Part shown: positions 19,128 through 30,815 of the stretch, one piece after another
Layout: every line of letters begins with the position of its first letter
How positions within the stretch are numbered: the first letter of the stretch is position 1
Source: Acidimicrobiia bacterium
GTDB lineage: Bacteria > Actinomycetota > Acidimicrobiia > Spongiisociales > Spongiisociaceae
Length of the DNA stretch: 64,000 bases
Direction of reading: 5' to 3'
Assembly (NCBI GenBank): GCA_041576165.1
Contig: JBFGLM010000016.1
Coordinates: 1-64,000 of the forward strand
Program-made: the position numbers and the translations under genes
The notes under the pieces: model-generated
The model's input: the letters and a program-made list of their open reading frames with translations, nothing else
What the model was told of the DNA's origin: nothing
The model's database searches: none

Positions 19128-21803
19128 CTAATCGGTCTGGGTCGTTTCGATGGGGTGAGATGGCGACGGATGTTCGCCCGGTCGCCGCGCCGCGTCCTCG
19201 CGCGGGGCGACGTGGCGGCCACGCGACTCGTCCTGGTCTATCTCGGGGAAGTTGGGGTACGGGATGCGCTGGTGGTAGTGGCCCTTGAGCGCTTCCACCA
19301 TGGCGGCTTTGGCCCGCGTCAGATCACCGAGGGTCAGATCTGATTCGCTCAACTGACCGTCCGACACCTTCTCCCCAACAACTTGCTCCACAACCTCGGC
19401 AATACGCTGTGGTGACGGGTCCTCCTTCTCGAAGATCGCCCGGCAAGCTCCCTCCACCGAGTCGGCCATCATCACCACCGCCATCTCTTTCGACCGTGGC
19501 TTGTGCCCGGCGTGGCGGTAATCGTCGATATTGACGTTCTCCTCGCCGTAGCGCTCGATGGCCTTGTGATAGAAGTAGCGCATCACGCCGTCACCATGGT
19601 GGGTGACAACCCCCTCGACCACGTCGGAGGGGATGCGGAACGTCTTTGCCAGTTCCTGACCATCGATCACGTGCTGGCGGATGACCGCCGCCGACTCATC
19701 GGGCGGCATTCGGTCGTGCGGATTTGAGCTCCCGAACTGGTTCTCGATGAAGAATTGTGGGTTCTCCGTCTTCCCGAGGTCGTGGTAGTAGGCCGCCGCT
19801 CGGGCGAGCAGATTGTTGGCGCCGACCGCACGGGCTGCCCGGTCGGCCAGGGTTCCCGCCATCAGTGAATGGTTGAACGTGCCGATGGCTTCCTCCTCGA
19901 GCAAGCGCAGCGCCGGGTGGTTCCGATCAGTCAGGTCGAGCAGGCGCAGGTTGGTGGTGAGATCGAACGCGATTTCCAGGAAGGAGAGAGCCGCAGTTCC
20001 GATCAGCCCGGACAGAATGCCGTTGATGGCGCCATAGCCCGCGGCGGCGAACACGAACCGCTCACCCTGGAAGAACCACGCGATCCCGGCCGCCAGCACC
20101 GCCAAACTGAACGTGGTGAACACGACAGCCGCGCGCAACTCGCCGCGAGCCGAAATCGCCGAGACCCAGGGCACCGGCGCGATCGTCGCCAACGCGGCAA
20201 ACATCGTGAACCCGGCGTCACCGGTGGCGATGGCCGTCACCGCACCCACCCCGGTTGCGATCAGCACCGCGATTCGCGCATCGAACAGGATGGCGGCCAT
20301 CAAACCGATCGCCGCGGCCGGCATCAGGTAGCCGATCTCGGGGCTGTCGGCCGCAAATACCGCCACACCCCGCGCAGTGATCGCGGCCAGCACCAGCAGC
20401 AACCCAAAGAGGGCCAGCCGCCGCATCTGGCCCCAGACGAGCGGCCGGAACCGGGAGATGTAGATGGTAAGTACCGCCACCAGAATCGCCACGATGGCGG
20501 CGAGGGCATAGAGCTCGATCTGGGGGGGCTGGAAGAATCCCGCTTGCCGCAAGGCTTCGATTTCGACCTGGCCGATCGAATCCCCCGTCTCGACGATCGT
20601 GTCGCCGGCCCGGAACGTCCTGAACACCGGCAGGACTGCATCACGCGCGTCCTGGCGTGCTTGCTCGGTCATCCCCTGGTCGACCTGGCTGTTGGCCTGA
20701 AGGAACTCGGCGGCGATCTCCGAGGCGACCCCGGACGCGATCTGGTTGACGTCGGATGTGCCACCCGGCAGCAGCAGCAACGTCACCTGCTTGCGCAGTT
20801 CGTCTTTCACATTCTCCAGCTCCGTGGACCGGATGCCTCCAGGCCGGTTGAGGCTGGCTTGGGCGCGTTCGATCGCGGCGACTTCGAGAATGTCGAGCCA
20901 TTCCGGCCGGCCGGCGGCGGCCCGCACGACGTCGTCGGTGGCGAACTGGACGATCACGTTGAGTTGCGCCTCGGACAGGCTCCCGTGCAAGACTTGGAGG
21001 TCGGTCCGCTGCTCCTGGACTGGCCGCACCAGGGGGGTGAAACGGATCGGAGTGACTTCGGTGAGGTCGTTGGCCGAGAGATCGGTCTCGATCCTCAGCG
21101 TTTCCGGGTCGGCGGTGAGAGTGGCCGGGACCGTCGCCGCATCGACTGCGACGACAGCCGACCCGGGTGCCAGGTCACGTATCACGAAAGTGCCCTGACT
21201 GGAAGTAGCCACCCGCCGCAATTCCCCCGAGCTGTCCCGCACGACGATGTCCACCCCGGGAAGCTCCAGGTCGTTGGAGTCGAGGTAGGTCTCGTCACCA
21301 TCGAAGTCGATGAACAGGACTCCGCTCAGATCCGAGTTCATCGGGATGGTTGTCGTCGTCGTGGTCTCAGCCTGCTCCAGGCCTTCGGATTCGCTCACCG
21401 GCTGGGTGGTTTCGGTCGTTGTCTCGCTCGGGATCGTGGTCGTGGGGACGGATGGCGCCACGTCGGCCAGCGGCGTCTGCGAAGAGTCGATGGGGAGCTG
21501 GCGGGCATCATCGAAGACCTCGCGGATCTGGTCTATGACGACGTCGTCCACCGTTTCGTTGATGGCGTAGGCGTCCGCCACACCGGCTGCGGCGGCTTCC
21601 TGCGCCGCTTCGGTCGCCACTTCGTCGGGAATGGCGTCGAGGGTGAACTCGGTGACGAACGTCTCGGGGGCAATATCTCCCTCGACTAGCGTCAGCGTCT
21701 CCGATTGCTGACCCAGCCACATGGCAATCCAGATGCCAAGCCCGGTCATGGCCAGGATCAGCGGCCGCAATACGGCGACGCGGACGTTGTTGCGATGCCT
21801 CAT
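19128..21803 (-). CDS. 7TM-HDIG phosphohydrolase (PgpH/YqfF-like) with extracellular Thr-rich and SdrD-B-like insert
   Basis: GTFNHS, YYHDLGK, FFIENQ, HHG, ADSVE; 7 TM helices; located between phoH and ybeY. Confidence 0.9.
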   Translation of the reverse strand: MRHRNNVRVAVLRPLILAMTGLGIWIAMWLGQQSETLTLVEGDIAPETFVTEFTLDAIPDEVATEAAQEAAAAGVADAYAINETVDDVVIDQIREVFDDARQLPIDSSQTPLADVAPSVPTTTIPSETTTETTQPVSESEGLEQAETTTTTTIPMNSDLSGVLFIDFDGDETYLDSNDLELPGVDIVVRDSSGELRRVATSSQGTFVIRDLAPGSAVVAVDAATVPATLTADPETLRIETDLSANDLTEVTPIRFTPLVRPVQEQRTDLQVLHGSLSEAQLNVIVQFATDDVVRAAAGRPEWLDILEVAAIERAQASLNRPGGIRSTELENVKDELRKQVTLLLLPGGTSDVNQIASGVASEIAAEFLQANSQVDQGMTEQARQDARDAVLPVFRTFRAGDTIVETGDSIGQVEIEALRQAGFFQPPQIELYALAAIVAILVAVLTIYISRFRPLVWGQMRRLALFGLLLVLAAITARGVAVFAADSPEIGYLMPAAAIGLMAAILFDARIAVLIATGVGAVTAIATGDAGFTMFAALATIAPVPWVSAISARGELRAAVVFTTFSLAVLAAGIAWFFQGERFVFAAAGYGAINGILSGLIGTAALSFLEIAFDLTTNLRLLDLTDRNHPALRLLEEEAIGTFNHSLMAGTLADRAARAVGANNLLARAAAYYHDLGKTENPQFFIENQFGSSNPHDRMPPDESAAVIRQHVIDGQELAKTFRIPSDVVEGVVTHHGDGVMRYFYHKAIERYGEENVNIDDYRHAGHKPRSKEMAVVMMADSVEGACRAIFEKEDPSPQRIAEVVEQVVGEKVSDGQLSESDLTLGDLTRAKAAMVEALKGHYHQRIPYPNFPEIDQDESRGRHVAPREDAARRPGEHPSPSHPIETTQTD

Positions 21804-22777
21804 CGACGCTTCTTCTTCTCCGCCGCCTCGTAGGCCTCGATGACGGCGGCCACAATCCGGTTACGTACGACGTCGTCGGAGGTCAGCCGGACGATCCCCA
21901 CGTCGGGAATGCCCTCGAGGATCTTCGCCGCCTGCAGCAAACCCGAACCGCTGCCCGTCGGTAGATCCACCTGGGTGGTGTCACCGGTGATGATCATCTT
22001 TGAATTGAAGCCGAGACGGGTCAGAAACATCTTCATTTGCTGTTGGGTCGTGTTCTGCGCCTCATCGAGGATGACACAGGCGTCGTTGAGCGTTCGGCCC
22101 CGCATGTAGGCCAGCGGAGCTATCTCGATGTCGCCCCGCTCGATGAGACGCCGGACCTCCTCCGGACCCAGCATGTCGTAGAGGGCGTCGTACAGAGGCC
22201 GCAGATACGGGTTGATCTTCGCTTCGAGATCACCCGGCAAGAATCCCAGCCGCTCCCCGGCCTCGACCGCGGGCCGGGTGAGGATTATGCGGCGGGTGGC
22301 CCCGCTGGTGAGGGACTCCACCGCCGCCGCCATAGCCAGGTAGGTCTTGCCGGTCCCCGCTGGGCCGAGACCCAGCACGAGTGTGTTGTCGCGGATTGCA
22401 TCGATATAGCGCTTCTGACCGAGGGTCTTGGGCCGGACGACCTTACCCCGGCCCACCGGCACCGATTCGGACAAAACATCCGAGGGCGACGGCACGTCGG
22501 CGCGCACCATCGAAATCACCCGCTTCACCTGCGGCACATCGATTTGCTGGCCCTGCTGAAGCATCAGGATGAGCTCCTCGGCCACCGTGTGGGCGAGCTC
22601 GGCCTCGGTCGGGTCGCCGGTGAAACTGATCTCGTTTCCGCGCGCGACGATCTGAGCCGCTGGAAACGCCGATTCCAGCGCCCTGAGGTTGCGATCGCGC
22701 TCGCCCAGGAGCCCCATCATTGTGCTCGTGCTGGCGACGCGTAAACGATGATCCGAAGAAGCTGCGGGAAGCATCAA
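21800..22777 (-). CDS. phoH: PhoH-family ATPase
   Basis: [35 protein letters not shown]. Confidence 0.96.
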   Translation of the reverse strand: MMLPAASSDHRLRVASTSTMMGLLGERDRNLRALESAFPAAQIVARGNEISFTGDPTEAELAHTVAEELILMLQQGQQIDVPQVKRVISMVRADVPSPSDVLSESVPVGRGKVVRPKTLGQKRYIDAIRDNTLVLGLGPAGTGKTYLAMAAAVESLTSGATRRIILTRPAVEAGERLGFLPGDLEAKINPYLRPLYDALYDMLGPEEVRRLIERGDIEIAPLAYMRGRTLNDACVILDEAQNTTQQQMKMFLTRLGFNSKMIITGDTTQVDLPTGSGSGLLQAAKILEGIPDVGIVRLTSDDVVRNRIVAAVIEAYEAAEKKKRR

Positions 22778-22874
22778 GTGCTTTCGAGGGGACTCGCAAG
22801 TATACCGGCCCTGTGGGCCTCACCGAATGAGTTGGCGGTGTCGGACCCTGCGGGAACGGGGGCGACGGCCGCCC

Positions 22875-23360
22875 TCACGAACCCCCTTCGCTCAGCCCGA
22901 GCTCTACGAGCACCGCGCTGAGCGCCTCTTCGGAATCGTTGAGGAGCCCGGACAGGAGCTGGAGGTCCGACCGCCGGATCGTCAGTACCCGCCCGTTGAA
23001 GTCCTGGCGCATCAGTTGGATGGCCCGCAGGAACCGCTCGAGGATCTCCGCCGGCGTCGACTGCATTTGTTCCAGGCGGTTGAGGTCGATGCGGACCCCG
23101 CCGCTCGACCAGGACGTGATTGCTGCGCTGGACTGCCGCTCGTCGGGAGGGAGCAGCTGATCGATCGGGACGCCGTAGAAACCGGCCAGCCGCTGCATAC
23201 GCGGCAACGAAAGGCTGCGCTCGCCGCGCTCATAGGCGCCGAGCACCGACGCCTTGAACTCTTGCTCCGATACAGCTTCTACATCTTGGAGCGATAGCCC
23301 CTTCTGCTTACGGATCGCCCGCAGTCGGCGACCAACGGACTGGTTGTAGCTCTCGCTCAT
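22875..23360 (-). CDS. bldD: BldD-family XRE transcriptional regulator
   Basis: GRRLRAIRKQKGLSL...GAYERGER...FYGVPIDQLLP; C-terminal RQDFNGRVLTIRRSD matches RxD-X8-RxxD. Confidence 0.88.
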   Translation of the reverse strand: MSESYNQSVGRRLRAIRKQKGLSLQDVEAVSEQEFKASVLGAYERGERSLSLPRMQRLAGFYGVPIDQLLPPDERQSSAAITSWSSGGVRIDLNRLEQMQSTPAEILERFLRAIQLMRQDFNGRVLTIRRSDLQLLSGLLNDSEEALSAVLVELGLSEGGS

Positions 23361-23493
23361 GATTCGAACCCCGTCGTTCGCAACGGTCATGATGCTATCA
23401 GACCTTTCTCAGCGCGAGAAGTGTCACGTAGGGTGTTTTTCCCACCCAATGTGTTGACTCCGTCGCTCGGCGATCGGAAACCTAGCAGGCGGG

Positions 23494-24186
23494 TCAGCCA
23501 GATGTTGGCTCAATCCGTGCCTTGGACCAGCCGGGAACGAGGGCCAGCGCAGCAGCCACCAGCGCGGCCGTCTCGATCCGGAGCACCCGGTCTGACAACG
23601 CCACAGGTCGAGCATCTGCCGGCAGCTCGGCCGGGTCGAACCCGCCTTCCGGCCCGACCGCCACGGTCACCCGTCCGCCTAGTCCTCCCGCGACCCGCAG
23701 CCACGATATGCCGCCGGGAGTCGCGACCAGGAGGGGCCGCTCGAGCTCATCCCATTCCACCGGTCCCTCCACCTCCATCAACCATGCACCTCGCGACTGC
23801 TCGAGTGAGGACCGCGCCCAGCCGGCTGCTTTGGCGGCGGCGGGGGCCCGCCCCTCACCGTGGCGAGTGCGCAGCCATAGCAACCGGGCAACGCCCAGCT
23901 CGGCGGTCTTCTCCACCACAAATCGGGCCCGGTCACTCGACTTCGGCGGAGCAACCGCCAGCGTGACGTTCCGGGCCGGTGGTTCGGTGAGGGTTTCGCG
24001 GCCCCGAGCGATCGATGCGTCCCGCAGCGTGCCATTCCCGATGATGCCCTCACCGTCGGTGTAGGAGATGGGATCGCCGTCGCGCCGTCGCAGCACCGTC
24101 TTGAGGTGGTGGGAGAGCGCGGATTGGAGCTGCAAAGACGAGCCGGCCCACGGACCTTCGACCAGTACATGTGGCACGTGCGGCAT
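23494..24186 (-). CDS. rsmE: 16S rRNA m3U1498 methyltransferase
   Basis: HHLKTVLR, EKTAELGV, EQSRG, VGPEGGF, VLRIETAA. Confidence 0.93.
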   Translation of the reverse strand: MPHVPHVLVEGPWAGSSLQLQSALSHHLKTVLRRRDGDPISYTDGEGIIGNGTLRDASIARGRETLTEPPARNVTLAVAPPKSSDRARFVVEKTAELGVARLLWLRTRHGEGRAPAAAKAAGWARSSLEQSRGAWLMEVEGPVEWDELERPLLVATPGGISWLRVAGGLGGRVTVAVGPEGGFDPAELPADARPVALSDRVLRIETAALVAAALALVPGWSKARIEPTSG

Positions 24187-24192
24187 CGACAG

Positions 24193-25305
24193 TCAGCGCC
24201 GCCGCCACCCGCGTTTGGGCGGGGTGGTTTCCTCATCGGTGGCGGCCGCATAAGCTTCGAGAGCTTCCTGGGCGTCGGCACTGAGTTCGGTGGGCACCAC
24301 GACCTTCACCTGCACCAGCAGGTCGCCCCGTCCGCGCCGACCGAGCCGGCCGGTGCCTCTGCCCGGCACTCGGACGACCGTTCCCGGTTGGGTACCCGGC
24401 GCAATGGCGACGGTCTCGTTGCCTCCTTCGATGAGCGGGACCGACCGCTCGACACCCAGCGCGGCTTGGGCCAGTCCGACCTCCAGCTGATAGATGAGGT
24501 TGTCTCCCTCGCGCCGGAACAACTCGTGGGGCCGGATCGAAATGTCGACGTACAAGTCGCCCGACGGCGCACCCCGTCCCCCGAATTCGCCGTGCCCGTT
24601 CAACCGCAGCCGGGTGCCGTCCTCGACTCCTGCCGGTATGTCGACGGAGACCGACTGGGTTCCGTCAACCGCCCCCCGGCCCTGACACGTGCGACACGGG
24701 GAGTCGATTGTTTCCCCGATTCCGCTGCACACCCGGCAGGTTTCGATGCTCATCACGTTGCCGATGATCGAGCGCCGCGCCACCCGAACCTGCCCCGCTC
24801 CGCCGCACTGGGCGCATCGTGCGGGCTGGCTACCCGGGGCCGCACCGTTGCCGTTGCACGTGGCACAACGTTGCGCAGCGCGGAACGACAGCTCCTTGGC
24901 GGTCCCCAACGCCGCAGCGGCCAGGTCGATCTCGACGGTTACCCGTACATCCCGCCCCCGTCGCTGCCTGGTCTGAGTCGCCGTGCCGAACAAGCCTTCG
25001 CCAAACAGGCCGCCCTCGCCGAACACGGAACGCAGCAGGTCGTCGAGTGAACCGAAACCTCCCCCGCCGAAGCCGGCGAACGGGTCGCCGCCGCGGTCGT
25101 ACTGGGCGCGCCGCTCGGGATCGGACAGGACCTCGTACGCCTGGGCTATCTCCTTGAACCGTTGCTCGGCCCGCGGGTCACCCGGGTTGGCGTCAGGGTG
25201 TGTTTCTCGCGCCAGCTTGCGGAAGGCTCGTTTGATCTCGTCGCTGGAGGCATCGCGAGAGACTCCCAGCAGCTCGTAGTAGTCCGCCACGTCAGGACCC
25301 GTCAC
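24193..25305 (-). CDS. dnaJ: Chaperone DnaJ
   Basis: J domain with HPD; four CxxCxGxG repeats. Confidence 0.97.
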   Translation of the reverse strand: MTGPDVADYYELLGVSRDASSDEIKRAFRKLARETHPDANPGDPRAEQRFKEIAQAYEVLSDPERRAQYDRGGDPFAGFGGGGFGSLDDLLRSVFGEGGLFGEGLFGTATQTRQRRGRDVRVTVEIDLAAAALGTAKELSFRAAQRCATCNGNGAAPGSQPARCAQCGGAGQVRVARRSIIGNVMSIETCRVCSGIGETIDSPCRTCQGRGAVDGTQSVSVDIPAGVEDGTRLRLNGHGEFGGRGAPSGDLYVDISIRPHELFRREGDNLIYQLEVGLAQAALGVERSVPLIEGGNETVAIAPGTQPGTVVRVPGRGTGRLGRRGRGDLLVQVKVVVPTELSADAQEALEAYAAATDEETTPPKRGWRRR

Positions 25306-26320
25306 CTTCCTGAGAACCGAGACGGTCGGCCAGCCCGTCGCCGACCTCTTCGACTGCCCGGATGGTCCGCCGGTAGTTCATACGTCTCGGCCCAATCACG
25401 CCGACTCGTCCTCCTGAGTCATCGCCCACGTCGTAGGTGGTCGTCACGAGCGCGATGTCAACGTCGTCCTGCAGGCCCAGCTCCTGGCCGATGCGGACGA
25501 CGGTTCCGATCGGGATGTCCGACAGCATCTCGAGCAGCGCAGCCTCGCGTTCGAGGAGCTCGAGCACCTGATGCACCTTGGATAAGTCCTCCCATAGCGA
25601 GGGCATCTGGCTGGTGCCGCCTACGTAGACGTCACGGCGCAGCACCCGGGCCTGGTTGGCTGCTTCGAGAACCGAGTCGACAATCGCCCGGATCCGTTCC
25701 GGGATCGGCTCTTCGCCCGCATCAGCATCAACTCGAAGCGTGCGCGGCATCGGACGATCGGTGAGCTGCTGGCGGATGACGCGCTCGGCGGCCTCCACCT
25801 CGACCCGCTCCATCGGCTCCGGGAGCCTTGCGACCTCCTGGGTGACACTGCCGGAATCGCCCACCAGGACGATGAGCACCACCTGAGAACTCAATTGCAC
25901 CAGATGCACTGCCCGCAAATGTTCCCCGGCCAGTCCCGGGCCCACCACTAGCGACGGGTAGTGGGTGATGTCGCTGAGCAGGCTGGTGGTTGATTTCAGC
26001 AACCGGCTCAACTCGTAGTGAACCGATGAAAAAAACTCATGGATGCGCTGGCTGGTCCGGTCGCGCAGGTCCTGGGGTTTGGCCTGGTCCACGTAGTACC
26101 GGTAGGCCTTGGTAGTGGGCACGCGACCAGCAGAAGTGTGCGGCTGCTGGACATATCCCTCCGCTTCCAGCGCAGCGAGTTCGGTGCGAACGGTGGCCGG
26201 GGACACGCTGAGCCCGCTCGCTTCGAGGATCGCGCGGGAACTCACGGGCTCAGCCGTGCGAATGTGTTCCTCTATGAGCGCAAAGATGATCTCGGACTTC
26301 CGCGCGTCCAACATGATCAC
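25292..26320 (-). CDS. hrcA: Heat-inducible transcription repressor HrcA
   Basis: VSPATVR, QPHTSAGRVPT, GVIGPRRMNY. Confidence 0.96.
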   Translation of the reverse strand: MIMLDARKSEIIFALIEEHIRTAEPVSSRAILEASGLSVSPATVRTELAALEAEGYVQQPHTSAGRVPTTKAYRYYVDQAKPQDLRDRTSQRIHEFFSSVHYELSRLLKSTTSLLSDITHYPSLVVGPGLAGEHLRAVHLVQLSSQVVLIVLVGDSGSVTQEVARLPEPMERVEVEAAERVIRQQLTDRPMPRTLRVDADAGEEPIPERIRAIVDSVLEAANQARVLRRDVYVGGTSQMPSLWEDLSKVHQVLELLEREAALLEMLSDIPIGTVVRIGQELGLQDDVDIALVTTTYDVGDDSGGRVGVIGPRRMNYRRTIRAVEEVGDGLADRLGSQEGDGS

Positions 26321-26326
26321 CGTATG

Positions 26327-27516
26327 TTAGGGGGCGTGGGGCGGATCTTCGGCCGGCAGACCGACGAGACTGCGCGCTGCCGTATCGGTGCGGAGAGGAT
26401 CCAACACCACGATCCGGCCTCCCAGGCGGGCAACGATTCCAGCCGAGCGCAGCCGGCTGAACTCGTCCGTTTCAGACCACCGCCGCCCTAGACCTCCCGC
26501 TGCGACCCCGGCCCGGCGACGCATTCCCACAACCAGACGCTCCCGCTCCTGGTCGATCGGTCTCAGCTCCTCGCCCGACGCTTCGACCCCGCGGCCGCCC
26601 CGACCGATATAGGCATCGAGACGGCGGATATTCCAGCTCCGCCGGCCCGCCCGGTGGCGATGCGCTCCCAGACCAAAGCCGAGGTACTCGCCCTGGGCCC
26701 ACACGATCAAGTTGTAGGTGCAGGCGTGCCCCGGCCGCGCCCAGTTCGAAACCTCGTATTGCACCAAGCCCGCCCCGGCCAGGACCCGGCAGGCGTAGTC
26801 GTACGCGTCAGCCTGGTGGTCCGGGTCGGGGGCTGCCGCCCCGGCCTGGACCGCCCGGCTGAGCGGCGTCCCCCGTTCGACCGTGAGCGCATAGGCCGAA
26901 ACGTGATCCACGGGTAGGGCCAGCACCCCATCGACAGTGATCTGCCACGCCTTCCGCGGCTCCGCCGGAGCACCGTAGATGAGATCGACGCTGACCGAGC
27001 GGTAACCGCTCGCTCGCGCTCGGGCGACGGCGACAGCGATCTGTTCGGGAGAGTGCCGCCGCCCCAGGTAGGCCAGAGTCGGCTCGCTCAGCGACTGTGC
27101 TCCGAATGACACCCGATCGACGCCCGTGCTCCGAAGCTCATCGGAGCGGCCTGACGTCCAATCCTCTGGGTTGGCCTCGATGCTGATCTCAGCCCCAGGC
27201 GCAATCGAGAACCGGGCGTCCAGGGCATCGAGAATCGTCGCGATGTAGTGGGGCTCGATGTGTGACGGGGTGCCGCCTCCGATGAAGACGGCGTCGAGCG
27301 GGCCCCACTCGTCCTCGGCCGATATCTCGCTCAAGACGGCGGCCACGTAACGCTCGACTAGGTGATCAGCACCCTCGACAACTGCGAAGTCACAGTAGGG
27401 ACACACCCGCGCACAGAAGGGGATGTGAACGTAGGCGGCTCGGCGGCGGGCGAAGGTGTCGACGTAGACCGGATCGTCGGGCCGGAGATCGGGCGGCGGC
27501 GGGGCCGCCGACGAGT

Positions 27517-27520
<4 letters not shown>
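26327..27520 (-). CDS. hemW: Radical SAM heme chaperone HemW
   Basis: [28 protein letters not shown]; located between lepA and hrcA. Confidence 0.92.
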
Positions 27521-29325
<1,805 letters not shown>

Positions 29326-29505
29326 CGGGGACTCCGGTAGGGATCTCCCGCATTGTATGCCTGGTCGTGACGCTGCTACGCTGGCATCGGCCGCTCCAGC
29401 AGCGGTCCCCCATTTCCGTTCGCAACCGCCGCCGCTCGTCCGGCAGCCAATCAAGTTCACCGGACCCGCTGCGACCACCAACTCGAGAGAATTTCCAGAG
29501 GAAAC

Positions 29506-29775
29506 ATGGCCAACATCCAGTCTCAGAAGAAACGGAACCGCCAGAACGTCACCCGCCACGAGCGGAACAAAGCCGTCCACTCCGAGGTGAAGACCAGGGC
29601 GCGCAATGCGCTGGCCGCGGCCGACGCGGGCGATGCGGCGGCCGCCGAGGAGGCGCTGCAACTGGCCCAAAAGCGGATCGACAAAGCCGTGACCAAGGGC
29701 GTGCTCAAGAAGAACACGGCAGCCCGGCGGAAATCACGCTTGATGCGCGAAGTCCGGGCGCGTCTCGAGGCATAG
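29506..29775 (+). CDS. rpsT: 30S ribosomal protein S20
   Basis: [13 protein letters not shown]...[11 protein letters not shown]. Confidence 0.97.
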   Translation: MANIQSQKKRNRQNVTRHERNKAVHSEVKTRARNALAAADAGDAAAAEEALQLAQKRIDKAVTKGVLKKNTAARRKSRLMREVRARLEA

Positions 29776-29819
29776 GGCCCCGATCAGCGGACTGGGTGCT
29801 GAGGCCGTCTCGCCAACGC

Positions 29820-30815
29820 TCAGCCGTACCAGCGGCACAACGCGACTACCAGGCGCTCCAGGGTCACCCGGTGCACTGCCTCCGGCGCGGTCTTCAACGT
29901 GTTGTCGGCGCGCACGAACGCATCCAAAGCCCGGCGCAGATCTGTGTCCGAGACCGCGCCCCGGGCCCGCCACGCTTTCTTGGTGGGATACGCGTCGGGT
30001 TTGGCGTTGGCCCAGTCGGCAAACGTCTCGATGTCCGGCGCGGCCGCAGCCAGGGCGCGACGACGAACGTCGTTTTCCAGGAACGCGAGCAACACCAGCG
30101 GATGCCCGTAGGTGAGGAAGTCAGCGAGACGCCGCAGCGCCGTCGGCACGTCGCCCTGACTGATCGCGTCGCCAATCCGCCACATGGGCTCATCCGGCCG
30201 ATTCCTGAATATTGCTCGAATGGCGTCGCCCGTGATCGAACCAGCAGACATTGCGAGTTGGTCAAGGGCCTGTCCCAGCGCCGCGACGTCGGCGCCGAAC
30301 CGCTCCAGTAGCGCCGCCGCGGCATCACTGCGGAGCGAGAGTCCGCGGGCCTCGACTTCGGAGCTCAGCCAATCTGTGGCGTCGCGCTCGCGCATCTTGG
30401 CCAGAGTGATCGACTCACCGTGGGACTTGACCGCCTTGGCGAGAGCAGCCGGCAGCGCACCTCCCGACACAAACACGACTTGAACCGCCGCCGGATCGGC
30501 ATGCTGCAACAATTCGGCCACCAGCCCGGCCTCGGCAGCATGGATCAATTGGGCGTCGACGACGAGCAGCCCCTGCTTCACTCCGAACAGCGATCCGGAC
30601 TGGAGGGTGGGGACCACCAGGTCGAGTTCGGGTCGCAGAGCCGCATCGCCGGCCTCAGAGCCGCCCCGGCCCGGGACATCCACCCGGACCACGTCGGCCG
30701 CTGACACCCCAGCCTCCGCCAAAACCTGCTGGGCGCGTTCGAGCATCTGTAGCCGCTCGCCCGGGCCCGGATCGGATGGACCCTTCACATGGACGACGAA
30801 CTTCACAAGTTCCAT
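29820..30815 (-). CDS. holA: DNA polymerase III subunit delta
   Basis: SLFG motif and clamp-loader-like helical C-terminus; syntenic position opposite rpsT. Confidence 0.8.
   Translation of the reverse strand: MELVKFVVHVKGPSDPGPGERLQMLERAQQVLAEAGVSAADVVRVDVPGRGGSEAGDAALRPELDLVVPTLQSGSLFGVKQGLLVVDAQLIHAAEAGLVAELLQHADPAAVQVVFVSGGALPAALAKAVKSHGESITLAKMRERDATDWLSSEVEARGLSLRSDAAAALLERFGADVAALGQALDQLAMSAGSITGDAIRAIFRNRPDEPMWRIGDAISQGDVPTALRRLADFLTYGHPLVLLAFLENDVRRRALAAAAPDIETFADWANAKPDAYPTKKAWRARGAVSDTDLRRALDAFVRADNTLKTAPEAVHRVTLERLVVALCRWYG

Noticed and set aside
19869-21689. 606-aa plus-strand ORF and similar shadows (32781-34049, 52085-53365, 57370-58518, 60139-61365)
   Set aside because: Each lies opposite a well-supported gene and has no recognisable motifs.
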